Positions 7,505-17,850 of a DNA stretch of 64,000 nucleotides are shown here, piece by piece (the first letter of the stretch is position 1; each line of letters begins with the position of its first letter). Source of the stretch: a virus (Duplodnaviria > Caudoviricetes). The notes under the pieces are model-generated. The model was given only the letters and a program-made list of their open reading frames with translations, was not told the origin of the DNA and did no database searches. A program made the position numbers and the translations under genes. The stretch spans positions 1 to 64,000 of the IMG/VR virus record IMGVR_UViG_3300020576_002141, one strand, 5' to 3'.

Positions 7505-10011
7505 AAACATTTTATACTAACGTCCTTGCTTATGGAAATTCTATTCTGTATAGGGGTGTCAGGGGCGGAGAAAGAGAGCAAGTCAAGATTACTGACTTCT
7601 CCCCTACGCTATTTGTAAAATCCGATAAGCCATCGGAGTGGAGAACAATCAAGAATGAATCGGTTCATCCTGTTTTACCAGGAAGTATTAAGGAATGTAA
7701 AGAGTTTATTGAAACCTATTCTGATGTTTCTGGATTTGATATATACGGAAATACGTATTATAACTATCAATATATTTCGGAATCATTCAAAGAAGACGTA
7801 GATTACGACTCGTCTTTGATTAAGATGGCCTTCATAGATATCGAAACCGAATCCGAAAAAGGATTTGCTTCACCAGAAAGCCCAACAGAAAAAATTAATG
7901 CTATTACCGTAAGAATAGGTAATAAAAAGTGGGTATTTGGTATTCATGAGTTCCATATAGACGAAGAAAATGTGGAAAGTGTAGTTTGTGAAGACGAAGA
8001 ACATCTCATAGAAGCCTTTCTGACTATGTGGGAAACAGAAAGCCCAGATGTTCTTACCGGCTGGAACGTAGAAGTATTCGATGTTCCTTACCTAGTCACT
8101 CGTATAACTTTGATTTGCGGAGAGAAGCAAGCTAAAAGACTTTCTCCTTGGAAGATAATCAAACCAAGAGAAGTTATTAGATGGGGTAAAGATACTACCA
8201 TTTATTCTATTTGTGGTATATCTATTTTGGATTACTATGTCCTTTATAGAAAGTATACCTTCGTTACCCAAGAAAAGTATACCTTAGATCATATAGCCGA
8301 AGTCGAGCTTGGTAAAAAGAAGGTTGAATATAAAGAATATGGTAGTTTAAAGGAATTTTATACCAAGAATTTTCAAAGATTCATGGAATATAACATTCAT
8401 GACGTTGATCTGGTAAAGGAAATGGATGAGAAACTCAATCTTCTTGATTTACATATCTCGGTTGCTTACACAGCCAAGATCAACTATGACGATGCTTTCG
8501 GTCAGGTAAGAACCTGGGAAAGTATTATCTATAACCATTTACTACATGGCAAGATTGTTCCTCCTATGAGGAAGCACACTTCTAAAGACGAAAAGTATGA
8601 AGGTGCTTATGTCAAAGATCCTCAAATAGGATTTCATGACTGGGTGGTTAGCTTCGACTTGACAAGTCTTTATCCTATGTTAATATGTGGATATAATATC
8701 AGTCCAGATACAATCGTGGATGATATTAGTCAAGTACCTTCTTTTACAGTTGATGACGTATTACACAAGAAACTGGATACATCTTTCTTGAAGAGAGATG
8801 ATTTGTCGATGGCAGCCAATGGTCAACTGTTCAAGAAGGACAAGCAAGGATTTCTTCCAGCACTTATGGAAAAGTTCTTCGAAGGAAGAAAGATAGCTAA
8901 GAAGAAAGCCATCGAATATAAGAAGCAGTTAGAGACAGCTAACGAAGAAGATAAGAAAAATATCAAGAATCTGATTGCTAAGTACAATACTCAACAAATG
9001 GCAGCCAAGATCGCCCTAAACTCTGCTTACGGTGCCCTTGGTCAACAAAACTTCATTTACCACGACACCAGACAAGCAGAAGCTATTACCCTCTCTGGGC
9101 AGTTGGCTATTCGCTGGATCGAACGGTGTATGAACGAGTATATGAATAAGATGCTTGGTACTACAAATATAGATTATGTCATTGCTGTGGATACTGACTC
9201 TACTTATCTTAACATGCGCCCTATTGTAGAAAAGTTCTTCAAGGATCAAAGCGATAAAGTCAAGATAGTTAATTTTCTTGATAAGTTTTGTAATGATGTC
9301 ATGCAGCCCTTTATAAACAAGAAGTATAAAGAGTTAGCAGAATACATGAATGCTTATAAGCAAAAGATGGACATGAAACGAGAAGTTATCGCTGATCGTG
9401 GTATATGGACAGCCAAGAAGAGATATTGCTTAAATGTTCATGATTCAGAAGGCGTCCGCTATAAATCAGCAGAGTTAAAGATCATGGGTATTGAAGTTCA
9501 GAGATCTTCTACTCCTAAGGTATGCCGAGAGAAGCTCAAAGAATCTATCAAGATTATTCTTACCGGAAATGAAGAATCTCTTATTGATTATATTGACACT
9601 TTCAAGGAAGAGTTTCTTAGTATGTCTCCAGAAGAGATATCTTGCCCCAGAAGCGTAAAGGGAATGAAGAAGTACGCAGATAAAAATACTGTGTTCTCTA
9701 AAGGAACTCCGATTGCGGTAAAGGGCGCTTTGATGTACAATACTCTTCTGTCCGATTTGGGTTTACATGAAACATATCCCACAATCGGAGAAGGTGACAA
9801 GATAAAGTTTCTTTACTTGAAGAAAGAGAATCCCGTTAGAATAAACGTGATATCTTTCTCTTCCAAGTTGCCTCCAGAATTCAATCTGCTAAGCTATATA
9901 GATTACCACTTACAGTTTGAGAAGACGTTCCTAGATCCACTTAAGCATATTACTGAGTGCGTCGGGTGGAAGTTTGAACGAGTAAACAATCTTTCTGGAT
10001 TCTTTGGATGA
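7501..10011 (+). CDS. gp43: Family B DNA polymerase, uninterrupted
   Basis: Exo DIETE and YNIHDVD; pol SFDLTSLYP, KIALNSAYG, DTDS. Confidence 0.98.
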   Translation: MKTFYTNVLAYGNSILYRGVRGGEREQVKITDFSPTLFVKSDKPSEWRTIKNESVHPVLPGSIKECKEFIETYSDVSGFDIYGNTYYNYQYISESFKEDVDYDSSLIKMAFIDIETESEKGFASPESPTEKINAITVRIGNKKWVFGIHEFHIDEENVESVVCEDEEHLIEAFLTMWETESPDVLTGWNVEVFDVPYLVTRITLICGEKQAKRLSPWKIIKPREVIRWGKDTTIYSICGISILDYYVLYRKYTFVTQEKYTLDHIAEVELGKKKVEYKEYGSLKEFYTKNFQRFMEYNIHDVDLVKEMDEKLNLLDLHISVAYTAKINYDDAFGQVRTWESIIYNHLLHGKIVPPMRKHTSKDEKYEGAYVKDPQIGFHDWVVSFDLTSLYPMLICGYNISPDTIVDDISQVPSFTVDDVLHKKLDTSFLKRDDLSMAANGQLFKKDKQGFLPALMEKFFEGRKIAKKKAIEYKKQLETANEEDKKNIKNLIAKYNTQQMAAKIALNSAYGALGQQNFIYHDTRQAEAITLSGQLAIRWIERCMNEYMNKMLGTTNIDYVIAVDTDSTYLNMRPIVEKFFKDQSDKVKIVNFLDKFCNDVMQPFINKKYKELAEYMNAYKQKMDMKREVIADRGIWTAKKRYCLNVHDSEGVRYKSAELKIMGIEVQRSSTPKVCREKLKESIKIILTGNEESLIDYIDTFKEEFLSMSPEEISCPRSVKGMKKYADKNTVFSKGTPIAVKGALMYNTLLSDLGLHETYPTIGEGDKIKFLYLKKENPVRINVISFSSKLPPEFNLLSYIDYHLQFEKTFLDPLKHITECVGWKFERVNNLSGFFG

Positions 10012-11030
10012 GTACTTACATAGACGAAAAGTATATAAATCTAGTTTCAAGAAAGTTAGACAAGTTTTCTTGGAAGACTAAAACTTTGGCTTGTGCTAGA
10101 TGTCCTATTTGCGGAGATTCCAGAAGAGACAAATCCAAGAAGAGATTCTATTTCTTCGTAGAAAAGGGATGCTATTTTGTCAAGTGCCATAACTGTGGCT
10201 ATACTACAACATTCTCTAAATTCCTAGAAGAGATGGATTCCAATCTTTACAGAGAATACGTATTCGAGAGATTCGCAAACAACAATGATAAGAAAAGTAA
10301 TGCTAAGTTACTAGAAGAGAAAATATTAAACGATTTCTCTACAGATACTTCTAGATTGAAAAATTCTTGTTTAGTTGGACTCAAATCGATAGAAGATTTG
10401 GACGATACTCATTACGCAAAACAATATATTGTATCAAGAAAGATACCAGAAAAGTATCATTCTATTCTGTTCTTTACAGAAAACTTCAAAGAAGTTGCTT
10501 CGTCTTTAGATGAAGAAAAGCATGTTCGAGAAGAACCTCGCCTTATTATACCATTTTATGATACTACTGGACGTGTGTTTGCCGTTCAAGGAAGATCATT
10601 TGATAAAACCGATGCCCTTAGATATATAACAATCAAAGACAAGACATATTCTGGACCAAAGATTTATGGTCTTGAACGATACGAACCCTCTATGAAAGGT
10701 TATATTGTAGAAGGTCCTCTTGATTCCTTGTTTATACCGAATACAATAGCTTCAGCCGGATCAGATCTAGCTACAATAACAAACAAAGAGATAAACACAG
10801 AAAACATGGTATTTGTTTTCGACAACGAACCGCGTAACCCTGAGTTATGTAAACAGATACTCAAATGTATAAACAAGGGTAATAAAATCTGTATATGGCC
10901 TAGTTCCATAACAAAGAAGGATATAAATGATATGGTTTTGGTTGGTTTAAACCCTCATACCATAATAGATAGTAACACATATAATGGTCTTGAAGCATTG
11001 ATTAGATTCAATGAATGGAAAAAAGTATGA
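10008..11030 (+). CDS. gp61: DNA primase
   Basis: Zn finger CPICGDS...CHNC; TOPRIM VEGPLDSLF, FDNEPRN, KDINDM. Confidence 0.96.
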   Translation: MSTYIDEKYINLVSRKLDKFSWKTKTLACARCPICGDSRRDKSKKRFYFFVEKGCYFVKCHNCGYTTTFSKFLEEMDSNLYREYVFERFANNNDKKSNAKLLEEKILNDFSTDTSRLKNSCLVGLKSIEDLDDTHYAKQYIVSRKIPEKYHSILFFTENFKEVASSLDEEKHVREEPRLIIPFYDTTGRVFAVQGRSFDKTDALRYITIKDKTYSGPKIYGLERYEPSMKGYIVEGPLDSLFIPNTIASAGSDLATITNKEINTENMVFVFDNEPRNPELCKQILKCINKGNKICIWPSSITKKDINDMVLVGLNPHTIIDSNTYNGLEALIRFNEWKKV

Positions 11031-11878
11031 CTAAGCAACAAGAAATATTGAATGATCCCAGATATACACCGATTCATAACGCCGGCTTTGTTGGTCTTAT
11101 AGACTCTATGGGAACAGACCAAAGTATCGAACAGGCTGCACGGGTATCTTATTCTAAAGGTACTCGTCAAACTTCTGATACCAGAAATCTTATTAGATAC
11201 CTTATAAGGCACAAGCATACTAGTCCACTAGAAATGGGTCAGACATTATGGCATGTTCGTTTGCCTATTTTTGTAGCTAGACAATGGATCAGACACCGCA
11301 CCGGGTCCTGTAATGAAACTTCCCTCAGATACTCCGAAGCCGACGACGAGTTCTACATTCCTTCTCCAGATTACGTAAAAGCTCAATCTAAAAATAACAA
11401 ACAAGGGAGAGATGGTGAAATAGATTCCGATACGGTGTCTAAGTATATTGCTGATTTGGAGTTTCAATCCAACCAATCATTTCATCGATATCAGAATCAC
11501 TTAAAAACAGGAATAGCAAGAGAATTGTGTAGAATGGAATTACCGGTAAACCTCTATACAGAATGGTACTGGAGATTCGATCTGCATAATCTACTACATT
11601 TCTTGAAGTTGAGAATGGATCCACATGCTCAACAAGAAATACAAGATTATGCTAAGACAATGTTCTCTCTTGTAAAAACTAAGTTTCCGATAATAATGGA
11701 AGCATTCGAGGATTATACGTTAAATGCTAAGTGCTTTTCTTATCATGAAATGAATCTACTGAAGAAAATGGTAAACACAGGTAATATTACTTTACCAGCG
11801 GATCCTAAAGAGTTACAACAAGAAACCGGATTAAGCAAGAGAGAAATAGAAGAGTTTTGGGCTAAGATTAAAAACTAA
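11027..11878 (+). CDS. thyX: Flavin-dependent thymidylate synthase
   Basis: AARVSY, KHTSPLE, ARQWIRHRTGSCNETSLRY; likely ATG at 11027. Confidence 0.96.
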   Translation: MTKQQEILNDPRYTPIHNAGFVGLIDSMGTDQSIEQAARVSYSKGTRQTSDTRNLIRYLIRHKHTSPLEMGQTLWHVRLPIFVARQWIRHRTGSCNETSLRYSEADDEFYIPSPDYVKAQSKNNKQGRDGEIDSDTVSKYIADLEFQSNQSFHRYQNHLKTGIARELCRMELPVNLYTEWYWRFDLHNLLHFLKLRMDPHAQQEIQDYAKTMFSLVKTKFPIIMEAFEDYTLNAKCFSYHEMNLLKKMVNTGNITLPADPKELQQETGLSKREIEEFWAKIKN

Positions 11879-11887
11879 AGGAGCAGT

Positions 11888-14491
11888 ATGTATACGTATC
11901 AGGAAGCACTAGAAGAATCTACAAAGTACTTTAATGGAAACGAATACGCAGCTAGAATATTTGTAGATAAGTATGCGTTAAAGAATGGCAACATCATCAT
12001 GGAGAAGACTCCTGATGCCATGCACCACCGTTTAGCTAAGGAGTTTGCTAGAATACAAAAAAAGAAATACGGTAATAAAGCTCTATCTGAAGAAGAGATA
12101 TATTCTTACCTAAAAGATTTCAGCAAGATTATTCCGCAAGGATCTCCTTGCTTTGCTATAGGCAACCCTTATCAGATTGCCAGTATTTCTAACTGTTTCG
12201 TCGTTGAATCTCCTATTGATAGCTACGGTGGTATTTGTAAGACAGACGAAGAGTTAGCTCAAATCTCAAAGAGACGCGGTGGTGTTGGAGCTGATATAAC
12301 AAATATTCGCCCCAGAAATACACCTACTAAAAACTCTTCTCGGTACTCTACTGGTATTCTTCTATTCATGAATAGGTATTCAAACACTATTAGAGAAGTT
12401 GGTCAAGATGGTCGACGCGGTGCTCTGATGCTTTCTTGCGATATTCATCACCCAGAATCTGTGATTCCTTGGGACCCTGCGATACATGGTGAAGAGTTTG
12501 AAACAGAGATTAATAACAAGGAACTTGGTAAATATAAGATTTCGTCTAAGTGGTATAATCCAAAGGTATTGGATTTCGCTACTTCCAAGTACGACTCTTC
12601 GAAAGTAACGGGGGCTAATATCTCTCTTCGTCTATCTGATGAATTTTTGAATGCCGTAGAAAATGATACTACATTCGAGAAGAGATGGCCGCCAGAAAAT
12701 CCAACGTATAGAGAGAATATTTCAGCTAGAGCTGTGTGGGATAAGATTATCTATTCTGCTTGGAGAACAGCAGAACCCGGTATTCTTTTCTGGGATAACA
12801 TCATTCGAGAAAGCCCGGCTGATTGTTATTCGGATGTAGGATTTAAAACTATAAGCACAAACCCGTGTTCCGAAATCCCGCTTTCTGCCAATGATTCGTG
12901 CCGATTGTTGGTTATCAATTTGTTTGCCTTTGTGAGGAATCCTTATACCAAAGATGCTTACTTTGACTACGAAGAGTTTTATAAAGTTTCAGAAATAGCG
13001 CAGAGACTAATGGATGATATTGTAGATCTCGAAGAAGAGTGTATCGAAAGAATCATAAGCAAGATTCAATCAGATCCAGAATCTGTGGATATTAAGTCTC
13101 GCGAGCTATCTTTGTGGAAGAAGATGTTAATAGCTTGTCAAAATGGTAGAAGAACCGGAACGGGCATTACGGCTCTCGGTGACACTTTAGCTGCTATAAA
13201 CGTTAACTATGGTAGCAAAGAAGGAGTAGATTGTGTTGGCAACATATACAAAGTCATGAAATTCGGTTGCTTCTCTGCTTCTGTAGATATGGCAGAAGAG
13301 CTTGGTGCTTTTCCTGTCTGGGATAGGAATAAAGAAGTTGGTAATCCATTCCTTAATAGAATACGAGAGGAAACAGTTGATCTTCGCCCGCACGAAACAG
13401 CCAAAGGAAACGAATCTTTGTTTATTTCCGGCGCAGCTATATGGGAGAAGATGCAGCGAGTCGGAAGAAGAAATATTGCTTGTTTAACAACCGCTCCCGT
13501 TGGAACTATATCATCTTTGACTAAGTTACTAAAGAGGTTTGGATCTACATCTGGCGTTGAACCTCATTATTCTTGGTCTCCGTATACCAGAAAAAAGAAG
13601 GGCAATCCAACAGATCAAGACTTCAGAACAGATTCCGTTGATCAAAATGGAGATCATTGGATGCATTTTAAGATCTATCCTACTGGTATACAAGAATGGA
13701 TAGAAGCTACTGGAAACGAAAACATAAAGGAATCTCCGTTTTACGGTAATACTGCTGAAGAAATAGACTGGGAGCTTAGAGTGGAGTTACAATCTGCTGC
13801 TCAAAAACACATCGATCATGCTATATCAAGTACGGTAAACTTGCCTAACTCGGCTACTGTTGAAGATGTCGCGAAAGTATATAACGCAGCTTGGAAAAAA
13901 GGATGCAAGGGAATCACTGTCTATAGAGACAAGTGTAGAACGGGAGTTCTTGTAAAAGATGAGACCCCTGGTATCCCTGTATCGATTACAAAGACTACTG
14001 CTCCAAAGAGACTGAAATCTATGACATGCGAAGTTTATCATAGTACAGTAAAGGGAGAAGTATATTTCGTTGTAATAGGTTTACTGGATGGTCAACCTTA
14101 CGAAGTGTTCGCCGGTCAGGGAGATAATATCAAATCTGGAAAAGGAACCCTTCACAAGGTAAGCAGAGGTCATTACCGACTTACTACTGAACACGGCGAA
14201 TCGATTGAAAACATATGCGATTTACTTACAGACGAACAAGCTGTAATAACCAGAATGATTAGTCTTTCTTTGAGACACGGATCTGATATCCAGTTTATTG
14301 TTGACCAGATAGAGAAGTCTCCCGGAGACATGTATGGCTTCGGAAAAGCTGTCGGAAGAATACTAAAGAAGTACATTCCAGACGGCGCCAAAGTGTCTGG
14401 ACAGACGTGCGAAACCTGCGGAGGAACTAATCTAGTACGCCAAGAAGGGTGTATTTCTTGTAAGGATTGTGGAAACAGCAAGTGCGGATAA
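11888..14491 (+). CDS. nrdJ: Class II (B12-dependent) ribonucleotide reductase with C-terminal TSCPD/Zn-ribbon region
   Basis: SNCFV, TNPCSEIPL, TTAPVGT, KGITVYRD, C-terminal CxxC...CxxC; no nrdB nearby. Confidence 0.88.
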   Translation: MYTYQEALEESTKYFNGNEYAARIFVDKYALKNGNIIMEKTPDAMHHRLAKEFARIQKKKYGNKALSEEEIYSYLKDFSKIIPQGSPCFAIGNPYQIASISNCFVVESPIDSYGGICKTDEELAQISKRRGGVGADITNIRPRNTPTKNSSRYSTGILLFMNRYSNTIREVGQDGRRGALMLSCDIHHPESVIPWDPAIHGEEFETEINNKELGKYKISSKWYNPKVLDFATSKYDSSKVTGANISLRLSDEFLNAVENDTTFEKRWPPENPTYRENISARAVWDKIIYSAWRTAEPGILFWDNIIRESPADCYSDVGFKTISTNPCSEIPLSANDSCRLLVINLFAFVRNPYTKDAYFDYEEFYKVSEIAQRLMDDIVDLEEECIERIISKIQSDPESVDIKSRELSLWKKMLIACQNGRRTGTGITALGDTLAAINVNYGSKEGVDCVGNIYKVMKFGCFSASVDMAEELGAFPVWDRNKEVGNPFLNRIREETVDLRPHETAKGNESLFISGAAIWEKMQRVGRRNIACLTTAPVGTISSLTKLLKRFGSTSGVEPHYSWSPYTRKKKGNPTDQDFRTDSVDQNGDHWMHFKIYPTGIQEWIEATGNENIKESPFYGNTAEEIDWELRVELQSAAQKHIDHAISSTVNLPNSATVEDVAKVYNAAWKKGCKGITVYRDKCRTGVLVKDETPGIPVSITKTTAPKRLKSMTCEVYHSTVKGEVYFVVIGLLDGQPYEVFAGQGDNIKSGKGTLHKVSRGHYRLTTEHGESIENICDLLTDEQAVITRMISLSLRHGSDIQFIVDQIEKSPGDMYGFGKAVGRILKKYIPDGAKVSGQTCETCGGTNLVRQEGCISCKDCGNSKCG

Positions 14492-14495
14492 TGTG

Positions 14496-14527
14496 TGGGC
14501 AGCGAGAAAGACGCTGCCCATATTTTT
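14496..14527 (+). terminator. Intrinsic terminator after nrdJ
   Basis: TGGGCAGCG-AGAAAGA-CGCTGCCCA followed by TATTTTT. Confidence 0.75.
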
Positions 14528-14542
14528 CTAAATACCTGTACA

Positions 14543-15235
14543 ATGGCAATCATATATTTGGTAACAAACAACATAAATGGTAAAAAATACGTAGGATTTA
14601 CCGTTGATTCTTTAGCAAAACGATGGGCTCGACATTTACGCGACGCAAGTAGAGGATCTAATTATGTTTTTCATATGGCATTACAGAAATATGGTCCCGA
14701 AAATTTTACCATTAAAGAATTGATTTCTTGTGAAGATGCCAAATATGCTCTTGAATTTTTAGAACCTCACTACATTTTACTTGAAAATAGTTTTATCAGA
14801 GCACCAAATGGTGGTGGGTATAACATGACCCTTGGTGGAAAAGGCAGTCTAGGCCTCACGCATTCGGAAGAAACAAAGCAAAAAATGAGTGAAATTAAAT
14901 CGGGCGAAAAAAGTCCGTGGTTTGGTAAAAGACACACAGAAGAAACAAAGCAAAAAATGAAAACCTCTGCAATAGGCAGGACGCATACCGAGGAATCAAA
15001 GAAGAAAATGAGCCTGAAACAAACAGGGCGTATATGCTCCGACGAAACTCGAAAAAAAATGAGTCTATCTAGACAGAATGTTTCCCAAGAAACCCGAGAA
15101 AAAATAGGGAAATCTTCTAAAGGTCGTATTGTTTCAGAAGAAACTAGAAAAAAACTAAGCAAAGCCCTAACAGGAAGATCATCAAGTCAAATAAAAAGAA
15201 ATAAAGAGGCATCTAATGAAAATAGCTGCCATTGA
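14543..15235 (+). mobile_element. Free-standing GIY-YIG homing endonuclease (Seg-like) with NUMOD3 repeats
   Basis: AIIYLVTNNINGKKYVGFT, NGGGYNMTLGG, and repeated HSEETKQKMS-like units; likely ATG at 14543. Confidence 0.9.
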
Positions 15236-15755
15236 CTATTCGATGACATGTCCTTCTGTTACTACCTTCTCAGGCGGTCCTTTCACATTCGAAAATACCA
15301 AGTCGTATTTCCGCACTAGTACAAATAAGTATGTAGGACAATTTGGAAATATAAAGGGCACAGAAATACAAGAGTATAAATCAGAAATGGAAAGATATAT
15401 CAACCACGCACAATGGGTATTATCCATTGTACGAGGATGTGATATGGTTGCTATAGAAGGGTATTCTATGGGCAGCAGAGGTAAAGTTTTTCACATAGCC
15501 GAAAATACTGCTATATTGAAGTATATTCTTTTCCAGAATAATATTCCATTCATAACAGTCCCACCAACAAGAGTCAAAAAGCACGCCTGTAAAGGCAACG
15601 CATCAAAGGAGGAAATGTATGAAGCATTTGTAAAGTTAACTAAATCTGACTTGAAAAAAACTATAGAATACAATGCTAAGAAAATAGCAAGTCCTATAGG
15701 AGATATCGTAGATAGTTTTTTTATATGTAAGTATCTTCACGATAAGGGAGAATAG
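15216..15755 (+). CDS. RuvC-like Holliday junction resolvase
   Basis: AAIDYS, VAIEGY, VPPTRVKK, GNASKEEM, DIVDS acidic motifs. Confidence 0.8.
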   Translation: MKIAAIDYSMTCPSVTTFSGGPFTFENTKSYFRTSTNKYVGQFGNIKGTEIQEYKSEMERYINHAQWVLSIVRGCDMVAIEGYSMGSRGKVFHIAENTAILKYILFQNNIPFITVPPTRVKKHACKGNASKEEMYEAFVKLTKSDLKKTIEYNAKKIASPIGDIVDSFFICKYLHDKGE

Positions 15756-15756
15756 A

Positions 15757-17496
15757 ATGTCCAAAAAGAAGGGTTCCAAGGCGGATGCCTTAGTTGGCGA
15801 TAATATGATGCCAGTTGAACCTGTACTACAGAAAGCCAGCTTTCCAGGTGTAATCGTTTCTGCTAAAAATGAAGGACAGAAGGAAGCCATACGAACAATA
15901 GAAACACATGAAGTTTCTATTCTATCAGGCGTTCCGGGAACAGGCAAAGCACAACCTCTCGATTCTACAATTTATACCCCAAACGGTAAAATGAGGTTTG
16001 GTGATATCAGGGTAGGAGACGATGTTTGTACCCCCGATGGAAAAACTGCTAAAGTAATAGGTATATACCCACAAGGAAAAAAAGAAGTATATAAAATTAC
16101 ATTTAAGGACGGCAGTACAGTAGAATGTTGCCTGGAACACCTGTGGAAAATATACTTTAAAAACAACAAACATAAATCCCGGATAGTAGATACCAAGTAT
16201 ATTTTAGAAAATTTTAATAGAAGAACAATATCTATAGAGGCTACCAGACCTGTAGATTTTGCCGAAAGTTCAGTATTAATTCCCCCTTATTTGTTGGGTT
16301 TACTATTAGGAGATGGTGGATTTTCTAACTCTAACATAACACTCACAACAGCCGACGAATCTATTGTTGTTGGTGTTCGATCTATCTTGTCTGAAAAATA
16401 TCAGTTAAAAATCAAGAAAAATTCGGAAATAGATTATAGGATAGTAAAAACAGAAAAAACTTCTAGTAAAAACGAATATAAAGATGCGCTACGCATATAT
16501 GGTCTTTGGGGATTAAAATCCAACGAAAAACACATACCTCATCCATATCTTTATGGTTCAATAGATCAACGCAAAGATTTATTGCGGGGATTGATGGATA
16601 GTGATGGCTGGGTGGAGAAGAACGGGCAGGTTTGCTATTGTTCTACATCAAAGCAACTTATAGAAGACTTTACAGAATTAATAAACTCGCTTGGTGGAAG
16701 AGTATACCTGCATTCTTCTATACCCTCATACAGATATAAGGGCGAAAAGAAATATGGAAAATTGTGCTATACCGCATCCATTGTAATAGATAACCCCGAA
16801 GATTTATTTACTCTCGAAAGGGAAAAAATCCGAATAAAGCCAAGGAGAAAGTACTTTTCTAAAAATATTATTAGGAGTATAGAGAAAATTGGTGAAAAAG
16901 AATGCCAATGTATTATGATTGATTCGCCGGATCATCTATATTTAACAAACCATTTCATACCTACACACAACACCCACCTCGCAGTAGGTTTGGCTCTAAA
17001 AGATCTCTTTGCTCGAAAATATGAAAGAGTCATCTTGACTCGTCCGTATGTGGAAGCAGGAGAGCACCTTGGCTTTTTGCCGGGTGGTTATAATAATAAA
17101 ATCGCACCCTTTATGTATCCCATCGTAGAGATTATGTCTCAATATATAAAAAGCAAAGATTTGATTACGAAACTTATAGATAACGGAAATATCTCTGTTG
17201 TTCCTTTGGCTTATATGAGAGGGTGTACATTCAAGAACTCTTTTGTAGTAGCAGACGAATGTCAGAATACAACTGTATCTCAAATGCGAATGCTTCTTAC
17301 TAGAATAGGTGACAACTCAAAGTTAGTCATCACCGGTGATGTGGAACAATCAGATATTGGATATAAAAACGGTCTTATGGATGCCATAGACCGTCTTCAA
17401 GATATCAAGGAGATTGGATTTCACAACATGGGAGAAGAATGTTGCGTAAGATCTGGCATAGTAGCCAAGATCGAAATGAAGTATAGAAATAAGTAA
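15757..17496 (+). CDS. phoH: PhoH-family ATPase interrupted by an intein
   Basis: Spliced extein reads GVPGTGK/THLAVG...ILTRP...PLAYMRGCTF...DECQN...TRIG...GDVEQSD. Confidence 0.95.
   Translation: MSKKKGSKADALVGDNMMPVEPVLQKASFPGVIVSAKNEGQKEAIRTIETHEVSILSGVPGTGKAQPLDSTIYTPNGKMRFGDIRVGDDVCTPDGKTAKVIGIYPQGKKEVYKITFKDGSTVECCLEHLWKIYFKNNKHKSRIVDTKYILENFNRRTISIEATRPVDFAESSVLIPPYLLGLLLGDGGFSNSNITLTTADESIVVGVRSILSEKYQLKIKKNSEIDYRIVKTEKTSSKNEYKDALRIYGLWGLKSNEKHIPHPYLYGSIDQRKDLLRGLMDSDGWVEKNGQVCYCSTSKQLIEDFTELINSLGGRVYLHSSIPSYRYKGEKKYGKLCYTASIVIDNPEDLFTLEREKIRIKPRRKYFSKNIIRSIEKIGEKECQCIMIDSPDHLYLTNHFIPTHNTHLAVGLALKDLFARKYERVILTRPYVEAGEHLGFLPGGYNNKIAPFMYPIVEIMSQYIKSKDLITKLIDNGNISVVPLAYMRGCTFKNSFVVADECQNTTVSQMRMLLTRIGDNSKLVITGDVEQSDIGYKNGLMDAIDRLQDIKEIGFHNMGEECCVRSGIVAKIEMKYRNK
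15949..16971 (+). mobile_element. 341-aa intein with LAGLIDADG (DOD) endonuclease; Ala1 start and class 3 W-C-T signature
   Basis: Starts AQPLD directly after the Walker A Lys and ends PTHN before Thr+1. Block B CCLEHLW, block F CQCIMI; endonuclease motifs LLGLLLGDG and LRGLMDSDG. Confidence 0.93.
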
Positions 17497-17501
17497 AAAT
17501 G

Positions 17502-17534
17502 AAAACAGGGTTTGAAGAAACCCTGTTTTTTTTT
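17502..17534. terminator. Bidirectional intrinsic terminator between convergent operons
   Basis: AAAACAGGGTTT-GAAG-AAACCCTGTTTT followed by a T run. Confidence 0.88.
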
Positions 17535-17543
17535 GTTGTTTTG

Positions 17544-17711
17544 TTATCTGTGCGCGTCGTCTTCTAGATCTTCCCAGAATTCTTCCCACGACTCAGGAAG
17601 ATCAACTTGTTTACTTTCGTTACGTTCTATCAAGTCAGACATATTCCAATCAAACTCAAGTTGAGCATCATTTCTTGCGGAATTTTTCTCTAGATTCGAA
17701 TCCTGGGTCAT
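17544..17711 (-). CDS. Small acidic protein, 55 aa (absent from the supplied ORF track)
   Basis: AGGAG 6 nt upstream of ATG. Translation MTQDSNLEKNSARNDAQLEFDWNMSDLIERNESKQVDLPESWEEFWEDLEDDAHR*. Confidence 0.6.
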   Translation of the reverse strand: MTQDSNLEKNSARNDAQLEFDWNMSDLIERNESKQVDLPESWEEFWEDLEDDAHR

Positions 17712-17850
17712 CTATTTCTCCTTCTTGGAAAGTGTCAATGTTTCTGATCTTTTGATTGATTTTCTGCTTCTCTTTAATACGTTGTATCTTCTTATATGAT
17801 TTTCTTCCATCGTATTTATCAAAAGCATCAAATCTATTATCCTTGTTCAT
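17668..17850 (-). CDS. Small basic hypothetical protein, 60 aa
   Basis: Start overlaps the upstream stop within the operon; K/R-rich. Confidence 0.6.
   Translation of the reverse strand: MNKDNRFDAFDKYDGRKSYKKIQRIKEKQKINQKIRNIDTFQEGEIDDPGFESREKFRKK

Noticed and set aside
7501-14491. Inteins or introns in gp43, gp61, thyX or nrdJ
   Set aside because: The ORFs are continuous and of normal length, with no Hint-domain termini.
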